From an uncultured Verrucomicrobiota bacterium (GTDB lineage Bacteria > Verrucomicrobiota > Verrucomicrobiia > Limisphaerales > UBA9464): a DNA stretch of 43,183 nucleotides. The position numbers and the translations under genes are program-made. This document shows positions 9,331 to 16,400 of this stretch, in pieces. Where the stretch lies: assembly GCA_964654875.1 (NCBI GenBank), contig CAZZKQ010000001.1, positions 1 to 43,183 of the forward strand. The letters run 5' to 3'. Under the pieces are notes generated by a model, which saw nothing but the letters and a program-made list of their open reading frames with translations, had not been told where the DNA came from and made no database searches. Each line of letters opens with the position of its first letter. Within the stretch, counting starts at the first letter, position 1.

Positions 9331-10941
9331 CTATTCGGATTCGACTTTGTGGGCATTAGCCCAGCACCGATTCAATGCATCAAAAACCAAAGGCATCTTC
9401 AACTCGAAATCTGCCTGTGTAATATCATTCGCGACCCTCTTTGCTAGGTTCCGCTTTTGATGGGATTTGAGTTTTTCATCAGTTTTCCACTCACTAGGAT
9501 AGTATGATTCTATTTGGTTAACTGGCAGCACAAAGAATTGTTTACGCTTAATCAGAGAATCATTTTGAGATTTGAATCTACGGAAGCTCTCTTGCTTTTC
9601 TGGGCTAGGCGCATCGCACAAGACTATTAGCCTATTTCGATAAACTGCATTCCCGTAGAGAGGTTTGAAAACCAAGTTTAAGGCCTCCATGTTGGAATAT
9701 ATCCGGTCATGGTCTCCCTTCACGCTAACAACTTGAATAGCAGGTCTATCTAAGTAAAACCGCCGCGTGACTCCATCCAGGAGGTCCTTCTCGCTTTCCC
9801 CTTCAACCAATAGGAAGTTTGCAGGCAGCAATAAATCGCTAGGGCTTCCCCCAAGTAACTTATATACAACGTCATGTTTACCCTGCGCGTCTATGGGATG
9901 GATTGACGTCTCTTGATTGGTCTTCTCGACTCGGAAAATTGATTGCTTCGAGTGATCTTCCGCGATAAATACAGGCGAATGGGTTGTAATAAAAACCTGA
10001 TCAACCGATGCGGTTAACTCAAGCAATGCTGATTTTAGCTGGCGTTGGGCAGTCGGGTGCAAGTGAAGCTCAGCTTCGTCAATGAAAAATATAAATTGTC
10101 TCCCAAAGGCGTCTTCACGTCGATGATCAGCGTGCGTTTTAATAATTGCGAGCATCAGGGCGCGCTGCATTCCATCACCTTTTTGGTCGGCATTCGTATC
10201 AACCCCATCATCAACCTTGGTGTTGTAGTTCTTTAGAAACTCGTCAACCGAGGGCGCCGCGATTTCGAAAAACACCTTCGTGCAATCTGGAAACTGCAAT
10301 GACAAATGGCTACAAACCTTAGCGCTTAACTCATCGAGCGTGCGGCGAACGCCAGAATCTACACCTTGGAAAAATTTGTCAAAAGCCTTTTGAAATAAAT
10401 CATATGCGGGGTCTTTCGATATTTTCTCAGCAACCACAGCTCCAAGCATCTGCTCAATAGGTGTATTCTTTTTGTAAGCAGAAACCTCTTTTAGATTTTT
10501 TGACGTCTCAATGAATTCAAATCGAGGAATACAATTATTGAAGGTGCTATCAGCTCCTGTCGGGACTTTTTTCCATTGCCCGGAAGATTTATGGTATATG
10601 CTCCGCTCTTTTTCCAAATTTGATACCCGGCGGACGCGCATGATGTCAGAATCACCAATGATGCCAAGCAGCTTGGTTTTATTATCTTGATTGGTCATGC
10701 GCTCCAATCCTTCTTTTACACCAGTGAACTCAATTTCCACGGATACCACATCGGTGTTAGACGCACTAATGTGGCAAACGGAGGTTGCGTCGGTCTTTCC
10801 GGTATAAAACCATTCAATTGCTTGAAACAGATTGGTCTTCCCGTGATTGTTTTGGCCGACAAACACATTGAAAGAGGATGTGTTTATATATGCCTCTCGT
10901 ATAGATTTAAAGTTCTTGACTAGGATAGATTTAATCTTCAT
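9331..10941 (-). CDS. OLD-family nuclease (ABC-type ATPase fused to TOPRIM), solitary (class 1-like)
   Basis: 536 aa, about 40% GC. Walker A is GQNNHGKTN and Walker B/D-loop is FFIDEAELHLHP. The TOPRIM glutamate motif is FLLVEGESEKDLL, followed by acidic positions. No helicase partner lies on either side. Confidence 0.8.
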   Translation of the reverse strand: MKIKSILVKNFKSIREAYINTSSFNVFVGQNNHGKTNLFQAIEWFYTGKTDATSVCHISASNTDVVSVEIEFTGVKEGLERMTNQDNKTKLLGIIGDSDIMRVRRVSNLEKERSIYHKSSGQWKKVPTGADSTFNNCIPRFEFIETSKNLKEVSAYKKNTPIEQMLGAVVAEKISKDPAYDLFQKAFDKFFQGVDSGVRRTLDELSAKVCSHLSLQFPDCTKVFFEIAAPSVDEFLKNYNTKVDDGVDTNADQKGDGMQRALMLAIIKTHADHRREDAFGRQFIFFIDEAELHLHPTAQRQLKSALLELTASVDQVFITTHSPVFIAEDHSKQSIFRVEKTNQETSIHPIDAQGKHDVVYKLLGGSPSDLLLPANFLLVEGESEKDLLDGVTRRFYLDRPAIQVVSVKGDHDRIYSNMEALNLVFKPLYGNAVYRNRLIVLCDAPSPEKQESFRRFKSQNDSLIKRKQFFVLPVNQIESYYPSEWKTDEKLKSHQKRNLAKRVANDITQADFELKMPLVFDALNRCWANAHKVESE

Positions 10942-10959
10942 AGGTCCTTATTAAATTAA

Positions 10960-11320
10960 ATGAATTTTCTAGCAGGATCGATTGACTTGTAGGTTCTCGT
11001 TTTTGCACAGCTAGCCATCGTCATATTAACATTGGTTTGATGCATCGGTATGCAGCGCTGAAATTGCGTGTTGCCGATTTCCTGAAATCACGGGTTGGTT
11101 AAATGGTCTAACGCGTCATAACTGTGGGGTAGACAAATCACGGCATTCGCATAGACCTATAGACATTGTGAAGAAGCTGTCTCCATAAACATGATTATCT
11201 CGAGCAAAAATCCCATCTGATTTCTTGGCCCCTTTGTAATCGATGCCCAACAGTCTAATATTTTAGGCATCGAGACGAACCGGATCCGTTATTTTACCCG
11301 GGATTTGGGAGGCCTAATTA
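10960..11320 (-). pseudogene. Decayed YD-repeat (rhs core) fragment with multiple frameshifts and stops
   Basis: Minus-strand translation gives KVYANAVICLPHSYDALDHLTNP*, compared with KVYANAVTNLTYSYDALDRLTNRW in Rhs-1. It includes a 15-nt match to 15334-15348 (cattcgcatagacct). Flanking frames show GNTQFQ.. versus GNTEYR.. and ..IRW.. versus ..TRW... Confidence 0.45.
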
Positions 11321-11324
11321 CTGA

Positions 11325-11639
11325 TCATAGCTTTAGTAAATATCCCTTTTTAGCAAGCGCATTTTCCAATCGCAATTCTATAGGAGTCCAATGAATCGGC
11401 TCCCGAGCATAGTTAGAACGGTAAGACGCAAGATCAAAAAATAGACTGATGATGATTGGCTCTTTTTCATTCAATGGGTGGTCTAGAAGCTTAAGGGCTG
11501 AGGCGTAACAATGTTTTCCTGTACGCTTGATTGCCTCCGAATAATCCCCTTTTCTTTGAAGCTCTATGGCGCTTAAAGATGAAACAAAACTACTGCGAAC
11601 TGCAGCCCTGAAATCTCGTTGAGATTGTTCTTTGCCAAC
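11325..11639 (-). pseudogene. Start-less 104-codon ORF, possibly a remnant of an orphan immunity gene (helical/TPR-like)
   Basis: The frame is open from the stop at 11640-11642 to the TGA at 11325-11327 and contains no ATG or GTG. The translation ...LQRKGDYSEAIKRTGKHCYASALKLLDHPLNEKE... looks helical-repeat-like. It lies between two rhs fragments. Confidence 0.25.
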
Positions 11640-11886
11640 TCAATATGCTAAATATAAAACAACTATCTAGGCGCCAATATATATTGTGTTTTTTTTCATT
11701 TAGATTTTACTACAGCCCATATGTTTTTGAAAATTACTTTCAACAGTGGTAGTATTTCAGGTGGTGGGCAAGTCGGCCTCATTGGTGGAATTGGGCTCGG
11801 TGGTCGATCGGGGTCGTTTTCGCAGTTTGCATCACAGTCTTTAAAGCATTTCATGCGATCGCCTACGGGTAGGTTATCACCAAATG

Positions 11887-12762
11887 CTATGCTGCGTATA
11901 CATTTAGTCCAAATAGGTCAACCTTGTTTATAGAGGTATTATAAGCGAATTGGTGACGATTCGATTCTAAATTTCGGTAGCGACCCGCCGTTAGCCGCAT
12001 GCCTTCAAATCCTGCCTCTCCAATCGGATCCCTATTCAACCATCTCTGGCTCGAGGGATCATAGAACCGGTATCCATAGTAATAGAGCCCAGAGCTACCC
12101 ATTACGGGCTTACTGCTGAAGCGCATGCTGTTGGCTGAGGCCAGCGACCCGCCGCTAGCCAAGGTCTGACCGAAGGGGTCGTATTTGTAATAGGCCTTCA
12201 CGCTCGGGGATCCGCTACCCACCAGCATCGTGACATTGCCGTTTCCGTCGGCATAGTAGTGAGCCGAGGTCGATACGCCATACGGGGAAGTCGTGGCGTG
12301 CGCTCCACGGGAGAGCAACCCTCCGATTCCTCCAGCACCATCCAAGCTCCCACTCAGGTCGGCGCCACGGGTGTAGGTCACCAGCGGATTGTTCGCGTTG
12401 CTCCGCTCCTGGACGAGGAGCATCCCATCGTAAAGGTAGCGCGTCTCCGATCCCAGCAACCAGATGTTCCCGGAGCTGTACCATGTGTAGTCTTTCCGGA
12501 TCCGCAGCCGTCCATGTCCATCATGGATGAAATCGATCTTCCAATCATTGGTCGCCGTGACGCTTTGGAGCTGATTCTCCGCATCGTAGGCGTAGGAAAG
12601 GTCGCTAGACCCTCCAGTGGGTCGGTATGTCAGGTTCCCATTGGCATCATGGACCCAGCTCGATCCACCGTCGTTGCTGACCTGGTTCAGAACGTTGATC
12701 GCATAACTGGTCACTGCCGCATTGTTGGTCCGCTTCAGGATGTTCCACCCAGAATCATACAA
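11887..12762 (-). pseudogene. rhs: Displaced (orphan) rhs 3' cassette: the last ~245 core codons duplicated from Rhs-1, then a divergent 45-codon end with no toxin domain
   Basis: The amino-acid sequence is identical to Rhs-1 from YDSGWNILK... to ...SSQRWLNRDP. It then reads IGEAGFEGMRLTAGRYRNLESNRHQFAYNTSINKVDLFGLNVYAA*, so it stops 5 codons after the DPxGL-equivalent motif. It has no ATG (a TTG lies 2 nt after the upstream stop). Confidence 0.8.
12026..12760. repeat. Direct repeat copy 1 (735 bp, near-identical to 13881-14615, offset 1855 bp)
   Basis: Three ORF-track translations are identical between the copies (12215-12484 = 14070-14339, 12378-12584 = 14233-14439, and 12259-... = 14114-...). 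I saw only a few mismatches, all near the ends. Confidence 0.95.
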
Positions 12763-12764
12763 GG

Positions 12765-13439
12765 TTAACTAGAGGAAGAGAGAAAGTGACGTTCAATTTT
12801 TCTCTTGCCCAATTGAGCAATTCTGTTTGTTGGGTCCAATTCGATTGCTCTTTCGAGAGCGGTATAAGCCTGATCCCAATCTTCGAGATTGTGGTAAGAC
12901 ACTCCCAACGCGCAAAAGATGGCAGAATCGTCCGGTTTAATTAAAGCAGCCCTCTTCAAGTATTCCAAAGCAATCTTGTATTCTTCACGTAGATTGTGCA
13001 ATTCTCCAATACTTCGCAAAACAATATGATCGACAGGGCCGAGCGCTGCGGCACGCTTGTAGCTATCTATTGCTCGTTCTGTATCTCTCATTGCCCAGTA
13101 GGCCAATCCCCTGTTTGAAAACGCGTGAACGTCCTCTCCATTCAATAAAATGCGATCGTAGACCGCGATAGCGCGTTTATAATCTCCACTGTCGTAATAA
13201 CACTCAGCCTGTATGTGCATTAGTTTGTTTTTTGTATTATCAGAGATATTCGTACGTTCAGTCATCAGTCTTTGAATGAGTGCGATGGCGTTTTCGAATC
13301 GCTTTTCATTGCGCAAGAAGCAGACGGCTTTAATTAATTCATCTTCCGAAAACGCCAGAATACTGGCACCTTCAATTAAATTCTTGACCTCATCATTGAT
13401 ATTTTGAACCAACTTGGATTTAATGTGATTCCATTTCAT
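12765..13439 (-). CDS. TPR-repeat protein, candidate immunity protein for the Rhs-1 C-terminal domain
   Basis: 224 aa, low GC. Several 34-residue TPR-like units are present (...YYDSGDYKRAIAVYDRIL..., AYWAMRDTERAIDSYKRAAAL..., ...YKIALEYLKRAALI..., WDQAYTALERAIELDP). The start overlaps the Rhs-1 stop (ATGA at 13436-13439). Confidence 0.7.
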   Translation of the reverse strand: MKWNHIKSKLVQNINDEVKNLIEGASILAFSEDELIKAVCFLRNEKRFENAIALIQRLMTERTNISDNTKNKLMHIQAECYYDSGDYKRAIAVYDRILLNGEDVHAFSNRGLAYWAMRDTERAIDSYKRAAALGPVDHIVLRSIGELHNLREEYKIALEYLKRAALIKPDDSAIFCALGVSYHNLEDWDQAYTALERAIELDPTNRIAQLGKRKIERHFLSSSS

Positions 13440-16400
13440 AAATATTCACGCGGTTCGTCCGGATTGTCCCGCCCACCTCGACCTTCTCCTCTCTTTCCTT
13501 TTTCAATCCGACGCCTCAACTTCTCGTATTCCTCAGTTCCCTTTTTGGGACCCAATCCCTTGAATGGATCAGAGTCCTCTCCTCCCATCAAATCCGGTCG
13601 CGAGTCACGGTTTTTGGATTTATATTCGGGTTCTTCACTCTCGGAGTCATCGTCACCGCCGTTCGTGTTGCTATTGAAGACCGCATCCTTGACTGCGCAT
13701 ATCGCGGACCCGGCCGCTACCGATGCCGCAGTCAATGCTGCTGCGCACGCCCGAGGATTAGTAATGCACCAGAGAACTGCTCGTCCAATTATCGCGGGAT
13801 TTCTCCCGTCAGGGTCGATGCCGGTTACGGAATTATTCCTCACGAACCGATACAGGTTGATTCCACCCTCTTCTCCTAAAGGGTCCCTATTCAACCATCT
13901 CTGGCTCGAGGGATCATAAAACCGGTATCCATAATAATAGAGCCCAGAGCTACCCATAACGGGCTTACTGCTGAAGCGCATGCTGTTGGCTGAGGCCAGC
14001 GACCCGCCGCTAGCCAAGGTCTGACCGAAGGGGTCGTATTTGTAATAGGCCTTCACGCTCGGGGATCCGCTACCCACCAGCATCGTGACATTGCCGTTTC
14101 CGTCGGCATAGTAGTGAGCCGAGGTCGATACGCCATACGGGGAAGTCGTGGCGTGCGCTCCACGGGAGAGCAACCCTCCGATTCCTCCAGCACCATCCAA
14201 GCTCCCACTCAGGTCGGCGCCACGGGTGTAGGTCACCAGCGGATTGTTCGCGTTGCTCCGCTCCTGGACGAGGAGCATCCCATCGTAAAGGTAGCGCGTC
14301 TCCGATCCCAGCAACCAGATGTTCCCGGAGCTGTACCATGTGTAGTCTTTCCGGATCCGCAGCCGTCCATGTCCATCATGGATGAAATCGATCTTCCAAT
14401 CATTGGTCGCCGTGACGCTTTGGAGCTGATTCTCCGCATCGTAGGCGTAGGAAAGGTCGCTAGACCCTCCAGTGGGTCGGTATGTCAGGTTCCCATTGGC
14501 ATCATGGACCCAGCTCGATCCACCGTCGTTGCTGACCTGGTTCAGAACGTTGATCGCATAACTGGTCACTGCCGCATTGTTGGTCCGCTTCAGGATGTTC
14601 CACCCAGAGTCATACCCGTAGTCGAAGTTCTCCGCCGTCACCGTGGTTCCACTCCCGTCATAGGCCCGGGCCGTCCGTATCTCTCCGGCCGGATCATAGG
14701 TATAGACCCCATACCCATTCCACAACGTCGCCGCCGAGTTGGTCCGGGAGAGGGTCGTCCGCTGATGGGCAGCATTCAGGACATATCCGTGCCGGTTGAG
14801 CAGGCCATTCCCCGCATCCCGGAGTGAAGTGTCCGTCAGGCGGGCCAAACTGTCATACGTGTTGGTCACCCAGAATCCACCGGGCTGGCTGAGATTCCGG
14901 ATTCGGTCCCCGGCTCCAGCGAATAGATAGCTGAAACTACCCGCCGGACTGCTCACCTGGGTGAGCCGATACAAGGCATCCCACCCATAAGTATTAGTCC
15001 AGGCATTCCCCGTGGGTTGGAGGATGACCATTTGACTTCGTTTTCCAGCGCTATTGTAGCTCCAGGATACGGTGTCGGATGCCCAAGGACCATCCTCCGA
15101 ACGAAGGCGACCCTGTACGTAGGAGTATCCCGTCGTTCCAATCGCGTCCACCCGGTTCGTCAACCGATTCAAGGCGTCGTACGCCTGCGTCACATCCGTC
15201 GTCCCGCTCGGGTAGTTCACCACCGTGACATTCCCGCTCACGTCGTATCGGTATTCTGTGTTCCCCATCGCCTGACTCCACCGGTTGGTCAACCGGTCCA
15301 GTGCGTCGTAGCTGTAGGTGAGATTGGTCACAGCATTCGCATAGACCTTATGGCGAAGCCGCCCTTGCCCGTCATAGATCCACCGCGTCCCGTTGGTCGC
15401 CGACCCGCTCGTCGCCACCGACTGATTCCCGTCCCACAGTCCCACCATTTTACCCGCTCCATCGTACAGAAACCGGTTGGTCATCAGGCCCACAATCACC
15501 TCATTGGTCTTCCATCCGGCTGCATGGTAGGCATATCGGGTCACCTGATTGATCGCATTGGTGTAGGAAGTCGCCCCCTCCACGGCGGTGGTATAACCCC
15601 ACGACTCGGTGCCTCCACCCACCAATGCCCGAGACACCATCCGCCCAGCGGCATCATACCGATTGGTTGTCACCACGCCGTTCCTGTCGGTCGAGGAGAT
15701 TACTCGATCGAACGCATCATAGATCCAGGACCCTGTCGTACCCAAACTGCTGGAGGTCGACTTACGCCGACTCAGATTGTCATGGCTCTGTGATCGGCTC
15801 CCCAAGGCATCTGAGGTCGTGGTCAACCGCCCTAGGGCGTCATAGACATTGGTTACTGACGAGCCATCGGCTCGAGTCTCTTTCAACACCCGTCCCAGCA
15901 GATCCCGACTGTAGCTCGTTGTTTCTGCCAAACTTAGTCCATAACCCTGTGTCACCTGACTCAGCCCCCCACAGTCGCAGTACTGGAACTCGGTCAGCGT
16001 CCCATTCGGATCTCCCCGATAGGCCAGCCGCCGCAACCCATCGTAGGTGTAGGTCGTGCTGTTGTAATTGGTCCCACCAATGACATTCACCATGGCCGTC
16101 CGATCGAGGATCAGCTTCCCGCCAGTGCTCGATGAATAGCTCTGGGAAGGAAACAACTCGTAGTGGAACCATTCGGCCCGGTCGGGAGTACGTCGCTCCC
16201 ACAATCGCCCGAGGGCATCGTAGATGTTGGTGACGCTCAATCCGTAGGGTGTGGTCTCGACCACCCAGGTGGTCCGGTTCGTCAGCGTGTTGCTATTCAG
16301 TCCTGCCCGGGTGTAGGTGACTCCCAGGGACCGACTCCGAACATTGGTCCGATAGGCCACACCCGCATCCCACCAACGGGTCGTCCGGGTTAACCCATCC

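Noticed and set aside
9331-10941. Gabija (GajA) or PARIS (AriA/AriB) assignment for the ATPase-TOPRIM gene
   Set aside because: There is no UvrD-like GajB and no separate DUF4435 gene on either side. The ATPase and TOPRIM are fused in one solitary gene, so I call it only an OLD-family nuclease.
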